Of a stretch of 64,000 nt of DNA, positions 1-10,283 are shown piece after piece. Source of the stretch: an uncultured Candidatus Saccharibacteria bacterium (GTDB lineage Bacteria; Patescibacteriota; Minisyncoccia; Minisyncoccales; GWA2-38-27). The stretch is from positions 47,375-111,374 of the forward strand of contig CAYLWZ010000002.1 in NCBI GenBank assembly GCA_964387825.1, in the 5' to 3' direction. How positions within the stretch are numbered: position 1 is the first letter of the stretch; each line of letters starts with the position of its first letter. Made by a program: the position numbers and the translations under genes. The notes below the pieces were generated by a model. The model was not told where the DNA came from. It worked only from the letters and a program-made list of their open reading frames with translations, and did no database searches.

Positions 1-164
1 ATAAAGCATCTTAGAGCATTTTTCGTAATTTTCTATAAAACAACTTAATTTTTCTTTCGCGATGTACTGTTTTTTGTAAGCCATAAATCAGATTTAAGTT
101 GGAAGATTTAAGTTGTAAATTTCTTTAATCTTAAATCTTAAATCTTACAACTTAAATTTTTAAT

Positions 165-1442
165 CTAAAAGGTTTCGTATTCCCTCATCTGGAGTTGAGC
201 TTTAATTTGCCGCATCGTCTCCAAAACCACGCTCACTACAATCAATAAAGAAGTGCCTCCGATTAAAAAACTAAAAACCATCACGCCGGTAATTCCTCCG
301 GCAATAGAAGGCATCACCGCAATCGTTCCCAAAAACAAAGCGCCGATTAACAACACTCTGTTTAAAATATATTGGATAAAATTGGCGGTTGACTCTCCGG
401 GCCTGATTCCCGGAACAAAACCGCCCATCTTTTGCAGATTTTCAGAAATAGACTTGGGATTAAAAGTTACTGCCGTATAAAAATAAGTAAAAAGGGCAAC
501 TAGTATAAAATAAAGAGAGCCATGAACCCAGACATTTTTGAGAAAATCAGCCGTATTTTTAGCGATTGCGCCTATTATTCCGGCCGAACCGGCAAGAAAA
601 TTAGCAATCATTCCAGGAAAAAGAAGGATTGACAATGCAAAAATTATCGGCATAACTCCGGCCGGGTTAACGTTCATGGGCAAATAAGTAGATACCCCGC
701 CGTACATTTTCATTCCTCGAACCCTCTTAGCGTAAGAAATTGGCACATTACGCCTAGCTTCATTAATTAAAACAACTCCGGCGATAATAGCCAGAGACAT
801 AGCAAAAAAGAGCAAATAAGAAGGAATGCGAGTCGGGTCCCAGGTAATAGCCATCTGGCGTATATCGCTTGGAAAACGGGCAATGATTCCGGCAAAAATT
901 AAAAGCGAAACACCGTTGCCAATCCCCTTTTCTGTTATCAACTCTCCCAGCCACATTAAAAGCACGGTGCCAGCGGCGATAGTTGAAAGCGATGTCAAAA
1001 GGGCAATCGGCGAAAGATGAGAAATAACATTTTGACGCTGGAATAAAGCAAGCATTGCATATCCCTGAAGAATAGCCAAAGGAACGGTCAATATCCTTCC
1101 GTATTGATTAAATTTCTGCCGACCGGCTTCCCCTTCTTCTTTATATATTTTTTCCAACTGAGGAAAAATCATAGTCAGAAGTTGTAAAATAATAACAGCC
1201 GTAATATAAGGACCTAAACCAAGCATAACAATAGAAAATCTATCTAATGCCCCTCCGGTAAATACGTTTAAAAGACCAAACATCTGAAATTGCTCAAAAA
1301 ACCTTCTTAAATTATCGGCGTTTACTCCCGGCATCGGAATATTCGCCATCAAACGAAAAATAGCAAAAACGATCAATACAAAAATAATTTTCTTGCGTAA
1401 ATCGCGAATTTTAAAAATTTGAACTATTTTTTGATACCACAT
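165..1442 (-). CDS. secY: preprotein translocase subunit SecY
   Basis: 425-aa multi-TM ORF with SecY-like sequence (…RLMANIPMPGVN…, GIQP-type plug/TM pattern); terminal gene of spc-type operon. Confidence 0.9.
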   Translation of the reverse strand: MWYQKIVQIFKIRDLRKKIIFVLIVFAIFRLMANIPMPGVNADNLRRFFEQFQMFGLLNVFTGGALDRFSIVMLGLGPYITAVIILQLLTMIFPQLEKIYKEEGEAGRQKFNQYGRILTVPLAILQGYAMLALFQRQNVISHLSPIALLTSLSTIAAGTVLLMWLGELITEKGIGNGVSLLIFAGIIARFPSDIRQMAITWDPTRIPSYLLFFAMSLAIIAGVVLINEARRNVPISYAKRVRGMKMYGGVSTYLPMNVNPAGVMPIIFALSILLFPGMIANFLAGSAGIIGAIAKNTADFLKNVWVHGSLYFILVALFTYFYTAVTFNPKSISENLQKMGGFVPGIRPGESTANFIQYILNRVLLIGALFLGTIAVMPSIAGGITGVMVFSFLIGGTSLLIVVSVVLETMRQIKAQLQMREYETF

Positions 1443-1450
1443 ACCAATAA

Positions 1451-1646
1451 AGAATTACGAATTAAGAATTAAGAATTAAGAATACAATAATAAATAAATT
1501 CAATAACTAATGAGAAAATGTAAAACATAAAACGCAAAATAAAAATTAGGGACAAAAAATACTTTAAATTTTAAATTGTCGTTTTACGCTCTTCGCTTTA
1601 AATCTCCAGAATATTCATAATTCTTAATTCTTAATTCTTAATTCTT
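1451..1646. repeat. secY-rplO spacer: inverted arms of (gaattaa)n / (ttaattc)n around an A-rich centre
   Basis: read directly from the sequence. Confidence 0.7.
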
Positions 1647-2107
1647 TTTACTTCGCCTCCTGCTTTCTCAATCTTCTCTTTCGCCGTTCCTGACAATTCA
1701 CAGCCTTCAATAATTAACTTCTTTTTTATTGTCATTTTCCCTAAAATTTTCACTCTCGGCGTCCTTCCTTTTATTTTAGAAATTAATCCCCTTTCAAGCA
1801 AACTTTTAGGATTCACTTTCTCTCCTGATTTGAACTCCTCTTCTAATTTTTCCAATTTTATTATAACTTTTGATTTTTGATTTTTGCTTTCGTTTACGAG
1901 GAACTTATTCTTTTTTGACCTTTGTCTGTAGCCCCTTAATTTAGGATGCTTTTTTATCAATTCTCGAATAACCGGAGCAAATCTATGGCCAGCGCGCGAT
2001 TTTTGTCCCTTTAGTCCCTTTCCCGAATAAGTGCCTCTTTTACCGCCTCGTCCAACACGTTTTTTCTTTCCTAGTTTATGGACTGATTTTAATTGATGTA
2101 ATTGCAT
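1631..2107 (-). CDS. rplO: 50S ribosomal protein L15
   Basis: KKKRVGRGGKRGTYSGKG…GQKSRAG motif typical of uL15; operon position S5-L15-SecY. Confidence 0.85.
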   Translation of the reverse strand: MQLHQLKSVHKLGKKKRVGRGGKRGTYSGKGLKGQKSRAGHRFAPVIRELIKKHPKLRGYRQRSKKNKFLVNESKNQKSKVIIKLEKLEEEFKSGEKVNPKSLLERGLISKIKGRTPRVKILGKMTIKKKLIIEGCELSGTAKEKIEKAGGEVKRIKN

Positions 2108-2603
2108 GTTTAGATTTAAGATTTAAGTTAGATTTTAGCCTTTTTAAGGCTAAAATCGTTGCTTTAGCGTTGTTGATTTTATTACTGGTTTTTCCGATAA
2201 CTTTTGAAGAAATATTTTTAATCCCGGCTAAATCGCAAATAACCCGAACCGTTCCCCCTGATACCAATCCTCTTCCTTCTTTTTGAGGTCTTAGTAAAAT
2301 TTTAGCCGCTCCAAATTTTGCTTCAATTTGATAAGGAATCGTTCCCTGAACAATCATAACTTTAATTAGGTTTTTCTTAGCAACCTTTGTCGCTTTCTCA
2401 ATTGCTTGAGCAACATCTGCTCCTTTAGCTACTCCAAATCCAACTCTTCCTTTTTTATCTCCTATTACAACTCCCGCCCGAAAGCGAAAACGGCGTCCTC
2501 CAGCTGTCATTCGCATAACCCGAGACAAATCTAAAAGCTTTGAGTCAAATTCTTCTTTCTCCTTAAAATCTGTTCTTCTTGTTTGATTTCTTTTAATAAA
2601 CAT
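2076..2603 (-). CDS. rpsE: 30S ribosomal protein S5
   Basis: RVMRMTAGGRRFRF…GFGVAKGADVAQAIEKA…RPQKEGRG… matches uS5; start may be a few codons downstream (32-bp overlap with rplO). Confidence 0.85.
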   Translation of the reverse strand: MFIKRNQTRRTDFKEKEEFDSKLLDLSRVMRMTAGGRRFRFRAGVVIGDKKGRVGFGVAKGADVAQAIEKATKVAKKNLIKVMIVQGTIPYQIEAKFGAAKILLRPQKEGRGLVSGGTVRVICDLAGIKNISSKVIGKTSNKINNAKATILALKRLKSNLNLKSKHAITSIKISP

Positions 2604-2678
2604 AGAATCTTATAACCTGAAACTTGAAACTTATAACTTAGAACTTGGAACTTGGGTTACGGGTTACGGGTTACAAGA

Positions 2679-3128
2679 CTAGAACTCTAGTCCTCCTTCC
2701 CTCGCCCCATTTGCCAAGGATTTTATTCTTCCATGATATTTATACCCCCCTCTGTCAAAAACAACCTTTTTAATTTTATTTTTTAATGCTTTCTCGGCAA
2801 GTAATTTACCGACCCTATAGGCAATGGCAACTTTCCTTGAAACTTGTTTTTTCTCATCTTCTGCTTTTTTATCTTTCGGTTTTGAATTTTGAGTTTTGAT
2901 GGTTCGGCTTTGTTCACCATCAACCCCGAATTTGTCGAACGAGTTGAGCTTTCTAAGTTTAATATCGCTCAAACTTAAAATTATATTTCCTTTCTCGTCA
3001 TCAACAAATTGCGCATATATATGGTTTAATGATTTAAAAACAGAAAGGCGCGGAATCTTGGCTGTACCTTTTATTTTTGCTCTAATGCGCCGATGGCGCC
3101 TATATCTTTTTAATTGTTTTTCCAACAT
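2679..3128 (-). CDS. rplR: 50S ribosomal protein L18
   Basis: N-terminal RRHRRIRAKIKGTAKIPRLSVFKS…HIYAQ and C-terminal VFDRGGYKYHGRIKSLANGAREGGLEF are uL18 signatures; Lys/Glu-rich internal insertion. Confidence 0.8.
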   Translation of the reverse strand: MLEKQLKRYRRHRRIRAKIKGTAKIPRLSVFKSLNHIYAQFVDDEKGNIILSLSDIKLRKLNSFDKFGVDGEQSRTIKTQNSKPKDKKAEDEKKQVSRKVAIAYRVGKLLAEKALKNKIKKVVFDRGGYKYHGRIKSLANGAREGGLEF

Positions 3129-3235
3129 ATTATTAGATATTAGATATTGGATATTGGTCTATTTTTTACTCTATTTTCTATACAACTACTTTCTAATAAT
3201 TATACTTCCATTTTCTACTTTCTACTTTCCAATAA

Positions 3236-3784
3236 TTAAGCCCCTTCTGCCCCCATTACCTTTTTTCCTGTTTTTCTCCTGACATATTCTCCTATGTATC
3301 TTATTCCTTTTCCTTTATAAGGTTCGGGAGGACGTATCTTTCTTATTTTAGCGGCAACCTGACCAACTAACTCCTTATTAATACCTGAAACAGATATAAT
3401 GTTCTTTTCTACTGAAAATTTCACCCCCTCCATTTTTTTTATTAAAACCGGATGGGAAAATCCTACTTTTAAAATTAAGTTTTCTCCTTCTAAGGCAACT
3501 TTATAACCAATTCCCCGCAACTCTAATTTTTTTTCATACCCTTCTATCACTCCTCTTGTCATATTAAAAATAAGAGTCCGCTCCAAGCCCCAAAAAGCGT
3601 TGGTTTTCTTTGTTTCTTTTTGAGGAGAAATAAAAATCTTGCCGTTTTCTTGTTCGGCTTTAATTTCTTGTCGAATCTCTCTCTGGAGTTCTCCCTTCGG
3701 GCCTTTAACGATTACTTTTTGCCCTTCTATTTTTACTTCCACTCCCTCAGGTATTATAATTGGTTTTTTACCTATACGCGACAT
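3236..3784 (-). CDS. rplF: 50S ribosomal protein L6
   Basis: MSRIGKKPIIIPEGVEVKIEG…LKVGFSHPV… uL6 signature. Confidence 0.85.
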   Translation of the reverse strand: MSRIGKKPIIIPEGVEVKIEGQKVIVKGPKGELQREIRQEIKAEQENGKIFISPQKETKKTNAFWGLERTLIFNMTRGVIEGYEKKLELRGIGYKVALEGENLILKVGFSHPVLIKKMEGVKFSVEKNIISVSGINKELVGQVAAKIRKIRPPEPYKGKGIRYIGEYVRRKTGKKVMGAEGA

Positions 3785-3888
3785 AGCTCTTATAACTTAC
3801 GACTTACAACTTATAACTTATAACTTACAACTTATAACTTATAACTTACGACTTGGGTTACAGGTTACACGTTTTAAGTTTCAAGAAA

Positions 3889-4305
3889 TTACCATATTTC
3901 AAACAAAACTTCTCCTCCTAAACCCTGCTTCTCTGCTTTTTTGTCTGTCATTATACCTTTTGATGTTGAAATTATCGCTATTCCGCAACCTTTCTTCAGT
4001 TTTTTTATCTTTTTAGCGCTACTATAAATTCTCTGCCCGGGTTTTGAGATCCTTCTTAATTTAAGCTCAACGTCTTTTTTAATTATTCCAGGCTCCATTT
4101 CTTGCTCTCGCTCGTAATTTAGATTAAGCTCAATTATCTTCTTCTCTTTTCTCCTTTTCTTTTCTGTCTTTCCAATAAAATTCTCTTTTTCTAAAATTTT
4201 AGAAATTTCAAATTTTAATTTGGAAAAAGGAATAACCACTGTCTTCTTGGAAACAGCTCGAGCATTTCTTATTCTATTTAACATATCTGTAATTGGATCA
4301 ACCAT
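3889..4305 (-). CDS. rpsH: 30S ribosomal protein S8
   Basis: MVDPITDMLNRIRNA… and C-terminal …GGEVLFEIW are uS8 signatures; K/E-rich internal insertion. Confidence 0.85.
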   Translation of the reverse strand: MVDPITDMLNRIRNARAVSKKTVVIPFSKLKFEISKILEKENFIGKTEKKRRKEKKIIELNLNYEREQEMEPGIIKKDVELKLRRISKPGQRIYSSAKKIKKLKKGCGIAIISTSKGIMTDKKAEKQGLGGEVLFEIW

Positions 4306-4309
4306 AATA

Positions 4310-4400
4310 TTAGAATTAAGAATTATGAATTATGAATTATGAATTAATATCAACGAATTAAACCCAAGTTCTTAATTCTTAATTCTTAATTCTTAATTCT
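4310..4400. repeat. rpsH-rpsN spacer: (gaattaa/gaattat)n versus (ttaattc)n inverted arms
   Basis: read directly from the sequence. Confidence 0.7.
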
Positions 4401-4403
4401 ATT

Positions 4404-4589
4404 TTACCAGCTACTTTTTTTGACTCCAGGTATTTCTCCTTTATTTACCAACTCGCGAAAGCATATTCTGCATAAACCAAACTTTCTTATATATCCTCTT
4501 CTTCTGCCGCATCTAAAACAGCGCCGGACAATTCTCGTGCTAAATTTAGGTTTTCTCTTAGATTTTACAATTTGTGATTTTTTAGCCAC
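4404..4589 (-). CDS. rpsN: 30S ribosomal protein S14 type Z (zinc-binding)
   Basis: 61 aa, [19 protein letters not shown]…[20 protein letters not shown] four-Cys zinc motif; spc operon position. Confidence 0.85.
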   Translation of the reverse strand: MAKKSQIVKSKRKPKFSTRIVRRCFRCGRRRGYIRKFGLCRICFRELVNKGEIPGVKKSSW

Positions 4590-4593
4590 AATT

Positions 4594-4727
4594 CCTTATA
4601 ACTTATAACTTATAACTTATAACTTGGAACTTGGAACTTGGATTAGGGTTTTAAGTTATAAGTTATAAGTTATAAGTTTTAGGTTATAAGTTTTAGGTTA
4701 TAAGTTTTAGGTTTCAAGTTTTAGGTT
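4594..4727. repeat. rpsN-rplE spacer: (ttataac)n, (ttggaac)n versus (aagttat / aagtttt)n inverted arms
   Basis: read directly from the sequence. Confidence 0.7.
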
Positions 4728-5282
4728 TCAAGATTTTATTGGTAGTCCTGATAATTTCAACAATTCAATCCCCTCTTGGCAGGTTTTGGCCGTAGTTACA
4801 ATCGTTATCTCAAATCCAAAAATTATTCTTGCATTTTCCGGCATAATCTCAGGGAAAGAGATGTGCTCTCTGACGGATAAAGTAAGATTTCCTTTTTTAT
4901 CAAATGATTTTGGGTCAATCCCCTGAAAATCACGAGACCTAGGAAGAGCAATATTAACCACCCTGTCTAAAAAATCATACATCTTCATTCCCCGTAAAGT
5001 AACAACCGCGCCAACAGGCATCCCTTTTCTTAATTTGAAAGATGATATTGACTTTTTTGCTTTAGTTAAAATCGGTTTCTGTCCGCAGATTAAAGCTAAA
5101 TCGTTTAGGATAGCGCTGGTTATCTTTTTTTGCTCATCAGAGGTCTTACCAGAAATTATTCTACCAAAACCAGTATTTATTACAACCTTCTCAAACTTAG
5201 GAACGGTCATAATGTTTTTATAACCGAATTTTTCTATCATTGCCGGCACAATCTTTTTTATATATTTTTCTTTTAGACGCAT
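4728..5282 (-). CDS. rplE: 50S ribosomal protein L5
   Basis: MRLKEKYIKKIVPAMIEKFGYKNIM…PKFEKVVINTG… uL5 signature. Confidence 0.85.
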   Translation of the reverse strand: MRLKEKYIKKIVPAMIEKFGYKNIMTVPKFEKVVINTGFGRIISGKTSDEQKKITSAILNDLALICGQKPILTKAKKSISSFKLRKGMPVGAVVTLRGMKMYDFLDRVVNIALPRSRDFQGIDPKSFDKKGNLTLSVREHISFPEIMPENARIIFGFEITIVTTAKTCQEGIELLKLSGLPIKS

Positions 5283-5359
5283 ACTTCAGATTTAAGATTA
5301 AAGAATTAAGATTAAAGAAAATTCACTTAAATCTGAAATCTTACAACTTAAATCTTATT

Positions 5360-5665
5360 TTATATCTCTTGTCCGCATTTTTTGCAAATACGATATTTTT
5401 TCTTTCCTTCCTTTTTATAACCTATGCGGGTTGGCTTCTCGCACTTCGGACAAATAAGTTTCACGTCAGAAACATCAAAAGACCCGGGTACTTCTACAAT
5501 CTGACCCTTTTCGCCAGATTTCTTCGGTTTAACATGTTTCTTCCTCAAATTAATTCCTTCAACCATAATCCTGTTTCTCTTAGGAAAAACTGTTATAACT
5601 TTGGCTTTTCTGCCTTTGTCTTTCCCGGAAATCACAAGAACCTGGTCGTCTTTTCTAATTTTCAT
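5360..5665 (-). CDS. rplX: 50S ribosomal protein L24 with C-terminal zinc-ribbon extension
   Basis: MKIRKDDQVLVISGKDKGRKAKVI KOW motif of uL24 plus C-terminal CPKC…CKKC. Confidence 0.8.
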   Translation of the reverse strand: MKIRKDDQVLVISGKDKGRKAKVITVFPKRNRIMVEGINLRKKHVKPKKSGEKGQIVEVPGSFDVSDVKLICPKCEKPTRIGYKKEGKKKYRICKKCGQEI

Positions 5666-5747
5666 TATATCGATGCTAATATACGAATTATACCAATAAA
5701 ACTAATAAATTATTCGTAAATTCGTAATGAATTCGCATATTAGTTGA

Positions 5748-6116
5748 TTACACTATGTCTTTGGCCAAATTAATTATTTTACTAAACCCTTTTTCCCTCA
5801 ACTCTCGCGCTATTGGTCCGAAAATTCTTCCCCCCTTCGGGTTTTTTCCTGACTCTAAAATTACTACCGCATTTTCGTCAAAACGAATATATGAACCGTC
5901 TTTCCTCCTGAAGGCCTTTTTTTGCCTAACTATCACTGCTTTAACCACATCATGTTTTTTTACCGGCCTCCGGGGTTCAGCAATTTTAACCGCTCCCACA
6001 ATAATATCGCCTAGAGCGGCGTATCTCCGGCGAGTGCCGCCTAAAACCCGGATACACTTGACTGTCCTTGCTCCGCTATTATCAGCGACTTTTAATAATG
6101 TTTCTGTTTGAATCAT
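5748..6116 (-). CDS. rplN: 50S ribosomal protein L14
   Basis: [17 protein letters not shown]…GDIIVGAVK… uL14 signature. Confidence 0.9.
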   Translation of the reverse strand: MIQTETLLKVADNSGARTVKCIRVLGGTRRRYAALGDIIVGAVKIAEPRRPVKKHDVVKAVIVRQKKAFRRKDGSYIRFDENAVVILESGKNPKGGRIFGPIARELREKGFSKIINLAKDIV

Positions 6117-6121
6117 ATTAA

Positions 6122-6210
6122 AATAGAATTAAGAATTACGAATCAAGAATTAAGAATAAAATAAAAACTCAAAACTCATAATTCTTAATTCTTAATTCTT
6201 AATTCTTAAT
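6122..6210. repeat. rplN-rpsQ spacer: (gaattaa)n versus (ttaattc)n inverted arms
   Basis: read directly from the sequence. Confidence 0.7.
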
Positions 6211-6465
6211 TCAAAGTTTCTTTATCACTTTCCACTTCTTATCTTTACTCATCGGCCGGCTTTCTTCAATAACAACCCTGTCCCCAATTTTATACTCTCC
6301 TTCCTCGTCGTGGGCCTTATATTTCTTATGAACCTGATATCTTTTTTTATATTTAGGGTCTTCTTTTATTCGTTCCACCTCAACCACTACTGTTTTTTCC
6401 ATTTTATTAGATACTACAGTTCCTTTTAATTTTTTCTTTGGCATATGCCGCACAACATAGAACAT
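6211..6465 (-). CDS. rpsQ: 30S ribosomal protein S17
   Basis: [24 protein letters not shown]…[24 protein letters not shown] uS17 pattern. Confidence 0.85.
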   Translation of the reverse strand: MFYVVRHMPKKKLKGTVVSNKMEKTVVVEVERIKEDPKYKKRYQVHKKYKAHDEEGEYKIGDRVVIEESRPMSKDKKWKVIKKL

Positions 6466-6499
6466 AGAACATAGAAGATATTGTTCGATGTTTTATGTT

Positions 6500-6691
6500 T
6501 TATGTTTTATGATTTATGATTGTTAGTATTCTTGCTATATCTTTTTTAACCATACGAATCTCACGCACATTTTTTATTTTGCCCGAAGCTAAGTCAAAAC
6601 GAAACCGCCTCAACTTTTCTCTATTTCTCTCCAAGGTTTCTTTTAATTCTGTTCTCGGTTTTTGTCTTAATTCTGACGCTTTCATAGACAC
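6500..6691 (-). CDS. rpmC: 50S ribosomal protein L29
   Basis: 63 aa, MKASELRQK…EL…LERNREKLRRFRFD uL29 pattern; between S17 and L16. Confidence 0.8.
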   Translation of the reverse strand: MSMKASELRQKPRTELKETLERNREKLRRFRFDLASGKIKNVREIRMVKKDIARILTIINHKT

Positions 6692-6760
6692 AGATTAATA
6701 CGGATTTCAGCGGATTAATACTGATAAATTATCTGCATAAATCGGTTAAATCCGTATAAA

Positions 6761-7171
6761 TCAACGTTTTATAAATTTTGTTTTTATTGGTAATTTATCT
6801 GTCGCCATCTTAAATGCCTCTTTAGCTTTCTTTTCCGATATCCCTTCCAGCTCAAAAATAATTCGGCCCGGAGTAATTGGAAAAACATAATGGTCCACCG
6901 CCCCTTTTCCACCGCCCATTGGAACTTCCGTTCCTTTTTTAGTTACCGGTTTGTCTGGAAAAATTCTAATCCAAAGCTTACCTCCTTTTCTCAAATATCT
7001 AATTATAGTCCGCCTAGACGCCTCAATTTGACGCGATGTTATCCATTTTGTTCCAAAGGACTTAAGACCATAACTTCCAAAACAAAGTTCGCTTCCTCGA
7101 ACTCCAATGGTCTTTGAAGCTCTTTTTCTCCATTTCCGATGTTTAACTTTCTTTGGTATTAACATTGCCAT
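6761..7171 (-). CDS. rplP: 50S ribosomal protein L16
   Basis: MLIPKKVKHRKWRKR…GTKWITSRQIEA…RRT uL16 signature. Confidence 0.9.
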   Translation of the reverse strand: MAMLIPKKVKHRKWRKRASKTIGVRGSELCFGSYGLKSFGTKWITSRQIEASRRTIIRYLRKGGKLWIRIFPDKPVTKKGTEVPMGGGKGAVDHYVFPITPGRIIFELEGISEKKAKEAFKMATDKLPIKTKFIKR

Positions 7172-7310
7172 TTTTAAAAATTCCTAAATCCTAATTTCTA
7201 ATGTCAAACAAAATGTCAAATTATTAAATGTCCAATATCAAATTTTTCTTTTTTAGTCATTTGGCATTTAGCATTTAAATTTTTGTTAGAAATTAGACAT
7301 TAGGAATTAG

Positions 7311-8039
7311 TCATTCAAACTTCTCTCCCTTGTACATCCAAACTTTTATTCCAATTACTCCGTAACTGCAATGGGCTTCAGCTTTGGCATAATCTATATC
7401 AGCCCTGATAGTTTGAAGAGGAAGCCGGCCTTTCCTAAGCCATTCTCTTCTGGCGATTTCAACACCATTTAGCCGTCCGGCTACTTCTATTTTTACCCCT
7501 TTAATCTCTTTATTTGCCAAAACCTTGCTCATCGCTTGTTTTAACACTCTTCGGTGGTTAACTCTCTTCTCTATTTGTTGAGCAACCCACTGAGCGCAAA
7601 GACTAGCAGAAATCCAGGGCTTTCTAACTTCTCTTATTTCAATTTTTATTCCTTTCTTCTCAGAAATCATCTGGGCCAAAGACTGTTCTTTCTCTTTTTT
7701 ATTAGTTAAATCATTAGCGACAACAAGTTTTTCCTTTCCTCCCGTTATTTTAAATTTAAAAACTTTTTTTAACAATTCTCTCCTTAACTGTTCAACTCCT
7801 TCTCCTCCCCTCCCGATAATAATGCCTGGCCGATTGCTAAAAACAATAATATTTAACTTATTGGGAAATCTCTCAATTTCAACTTTTTCCACCCCGCTTT
7901 TTTTAAGCTTTCTATTTAAAAATTCTCTAATTCTAAAATCTTCCTCTAATTTTTCAGCAGCTTTTTTATAAAATCCTCTCGAACTCCAATCAGATATTTC
8001 TCTTGTCCTATATATTTTTGGATGAACTTTGTGAGACAT
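7311..8039 (-). CDS. rpsC: 30S ribosomal protein S3
   Basis: MSHKVHPKIYR…KH domain-like region…IGIKVW uS3 pattern. Confidence 0.85.
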   Translation of the reverse strand: MSHKVHPKIYRTREISDWSSRGFYKKAAEKLEEDFRIREFLNRKLKKSGVEKVEIERFPNKLNIIVFSNRPGIIIGRGGEGVEQLRRELLKKVFKFKITGGKEKLVVANDLTNKKEKEQSLAQMISEKKGIKIEIREVRKPWISASLCAQWVAQQIEKRVNHRRVLKQAMSKVLANKEIKGVKIEVAGRLNGVEIARREWLRKGRLPLQTIRADIDYAKAEAHCSYGVIGIKVWMYKGEKFE

Positions 8040-8155
8040 AACTTCTTGAAACTTGAAACTTGAAACTTGAAACTTGAGTTATAAGTTGTAAGTTATAAGT
8101 TTCTTTAATCTTTCAACTTTAATCTCTCAACTTTAATCTCTCAACTTTAATCTTT

Positions 8156-8755
8156 CTAGAACGCTTTTCGTCTAAATATCCTTTTTAATCCTCCTATATT
8201 TTTCGGTTTTGGTCCTTTTGGTTCTATCTCAGGGCGCGATTTCGGCTGTCTAATTTTTGTCCCGCCTTCAGCAAGGCCTTCTACAAGAAATTCCTTATTG
8301 CTTTTAATAACTTTTTTCTCTTTCTTGTCTTTTAATTTCTTGACAGGAGAAATTTCTTTTCTTGCCTTTTTTATGCGGGATACCCTCTCTTTTCCTCCAA
8401 TTGCCTTAGCTTCTTTTCCCGGTTTAGTTTCTTCCAAAACCAAAGTTATATGAGAAGTTCTCTTTTTAATTTGATTAACCATCCCTCTTGACCTAGGTCT
8501 CCATCTTTTATATTTCGGACCTTCATCTACGGTAATTCTGGAGATATATAAGTTGTCTGGATTAAGGTGAAAATTATTACGAGCATCGGCAACAGCTGTT
8601 TTTAAAAGTTTGGCTATTGGTCCAGCTGCTTTTTTAACAGTGAAATTCAAAATCCGTTCGGCATGCTCAACTTTATTCTTACGGATAAGGTCAGCCACAA
8701 GCCGGACTTTTCGAGGGGATATCCGTAAATATCTTAACTTAGAAACTACCGCCAT
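8156..8755 (-). CDS. rplV: 50S ribosomal protein L22 with ~90-aa Lys/Glu-rich C-terminal extension
   Basis: N-terminal 110 aa match uL22 (LRYLRISPRKVRLVADLIRKNKVEHAE…); remainder low-complexity basic tail. Confidence 0.8.
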   Translation of the reverse strand: MAVVSKLRYLRISPRKVRLVADLIRKNKVEHAERILNFTVKKAAGPIAKLLKTAVADARNNFHLNPDNLYISRITVDEGPKYKRWRPRSRGMVNQIKKRTSHITLVLEETKPGKEAKAIGGKERVSRIKKARKEISPVKKLKDKKEKKVIKSNKEFLVEGLAEGGTKIRQPKSRPEIEPKGPKPKNIGGLKRIFRRKAF

Positions 8756-8796
8756 GTTTTTGAGAATTGAAAATTAAGAATAAAAATTCGTAATTC

Positions 8797-9099
8797 TTAA
8801 TCCTGTTTTATTTCTTTTGATTTTACTTCTTGCTCCCGCTGCATTTTTCCCCCGTGTTTTCCAAATTTTGTAGTAGGGGCAAACTCTCCTAATTTATGGC
8901 CAACCATATCCTCTTTTATATTTACGGAAATATGTTCTTTACCATTATGGACGTTAAAGATAAAACCAACCATTTCCGGAACAATAGTGCAGGCGCGAGA
9001 CCAGGTCTTAATTATTTTTCTATCCTCCGGTTTCAAATCCCTGATCTTTTTTAATAATTTTTCATCTATATATGGACCTTTTTTGATGCTTCTAGACAT
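8797..9099 (-). CDS. rpsS: 30S ribosomal protein S19
   Basis: [19 protein letters not shown]…[14 protein letters not shown]…HNGK uS19 signature. Confidence 0.9.
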   Translation of the reverse strand: MSRSIKKGPYIDEKLLKKIRDLKPEDRKIIKTWSRACTIVPEMVGFIFNVHNGKEHISVNIKEDMVGHKLGEFAPTTKFGKHGGKMQREQEVKSKEIKQD

Positions 9100-9299
9100 A
9101 AATTAAATTAATTTTGAATTTCTAATTTTTAATTTTGATTGAATTTTTAATTATTTAATGACTTAATTTTGAAGTAAGATTCTTTTTTTTTGTTTTTTTG
9201 TTTGTTTGTTTATTATTCAAAATTCTATTATTCATAATTGATTCAAAATTCAAAATAGAACAAGTTCCTCGCAAGCGAGAGCAAAATTCAAAATTTTTA

Positions 9300-10106
9300 T
9301 TATTTCTTTTTCTTAGATTTCCTCCTCTTGATAATATATTTATCGCTTCTCTTTTTTCTCCTTGTTTTCACTCCTAACGCAGGTTTCCCCCAGGGAGTTT
9401 TCGGATATTTTAAGCCAATTGACGACCTTCCTTCTCCTCCTCCATGAGGATGGTCAACAGGATTCATAGCCACGCCTCTAACGGACGGCCTGTGTCCCAT
9501 TAAACGATTCCTACCCGCTTTTCCAATAATTCTGTAACGCCATTCAGAATGTGAAACAGCCCCGACGGTCGCATAACAATCCCCAAAAACCATTCTTATT
9601 TCGCTGGACGGCATTTCTAAATTAACATATTTTCCTTCCTGTGCCAAAATTTTGGCGCTACTTCCCGCAGACCTGACTATTATCCCTCCTTCCCCTGATA
9701 TAAGCTCAATATTATAAACCATAGTTCCTACCGGAATATTTTTAATTTTCATTCTGTTTCCGGTTTTAATCTCAGCTTTCTCTGCCGAAATTATCTCGTC
9801 TCCTATTTTTAAGTCCTGACCGGCTAATCTATAACGTCTATCTCCGTCGCTATATTCTAAAAGAGCGATAAAGGCGGTGCGATAAGGATCGTATTCCAGA
9901 GCAATAACTTTAGCCGGGATGTCAATTTTTTTCTGATCAAAATCAACAATCCTGTATAATTTCTTACTCCCTCCTCCCCGATGACGGACAGTTATCCGGC
10001 CAGAATTATTCCTTCCCGCCCTTCTTTTAAAAGACAAAAGCAATCGTTTCTCGGGTTTTTTCTTAGTCAATATTTTTGTCGCTGATATTTTTTTTTTCTT
10101 CTTCAT
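9300..10106 (-). CDS. rplB: 50S ribosomal protein L2
   Basis: uL2 signature (…[16 protein letters not shown]…[29 protein letters not shown]); the track ORF extends to 10247, but the conserved protein starts at [11 protein letters not shown] (ATG at 10106). Confidence 0.85.
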   Translation of the reverse strand: MKKKKKISATKILTKKKPEKRLLLSFKRRAGRNNSGRITVRHRGGGSKKLYRIVDFDQKKIDIPAKVIALEYDPYRTAFIALLEYSDGDRRYRLAGQDLKIGDEIISAEKAEIKTGNRMKIKNIPVGTMVYNIELISGEGGIIVRSAGSSAKILAQEGKYVNLEMPSSEIRMVFGDCYATVGAVSHSEWRYRIIGKAGRNRLMGHRPSVRGVAMNPVDHPHGGGEGRSSIGLKYPKTPWGKPALGVKTRRKKRSDKYIIKRRKSKKKK

Positions 10107-10224
10107 AAAAACAATGATTTTTCCGCATCTATTTAGAACCGTACGGGCGGGCGACCCACGGGTCTCCCCTACGATTTTTTCAAATAAATATTGCCTATTT
10201 TCAGCGCGATTCGTATTTTGAAAA

Positions 10225-10275
10225 TTGGCTATATCAATCCCGCACATAAATTATGGGCGGGATTGATATAGCCAA
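10225..10275. promoter_or_regulatory. perfect 19-bp inverted repeat (ttggctatatcaatcccgc / gcgggattgatatagccaa) with 13-nt loop, between rplW and rplB
   Basis: read directly from the sequence; loop contains ccgcacataaattatg, which recurs at 58926-58941. Confidence 0.6.
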
Positions 10276-10283
10276 AATTGTTA

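Noticed and set aside
10107-10247. N-terminal 47 codons of the 315-aa track ORF for L2 ([10 protein letters not shown]…)
   Set aside because: The conserved uL2 sequence starts at [11 protein letters not shown] (10106). The upstream stretch is the intergenic hairpin region read through by chance.
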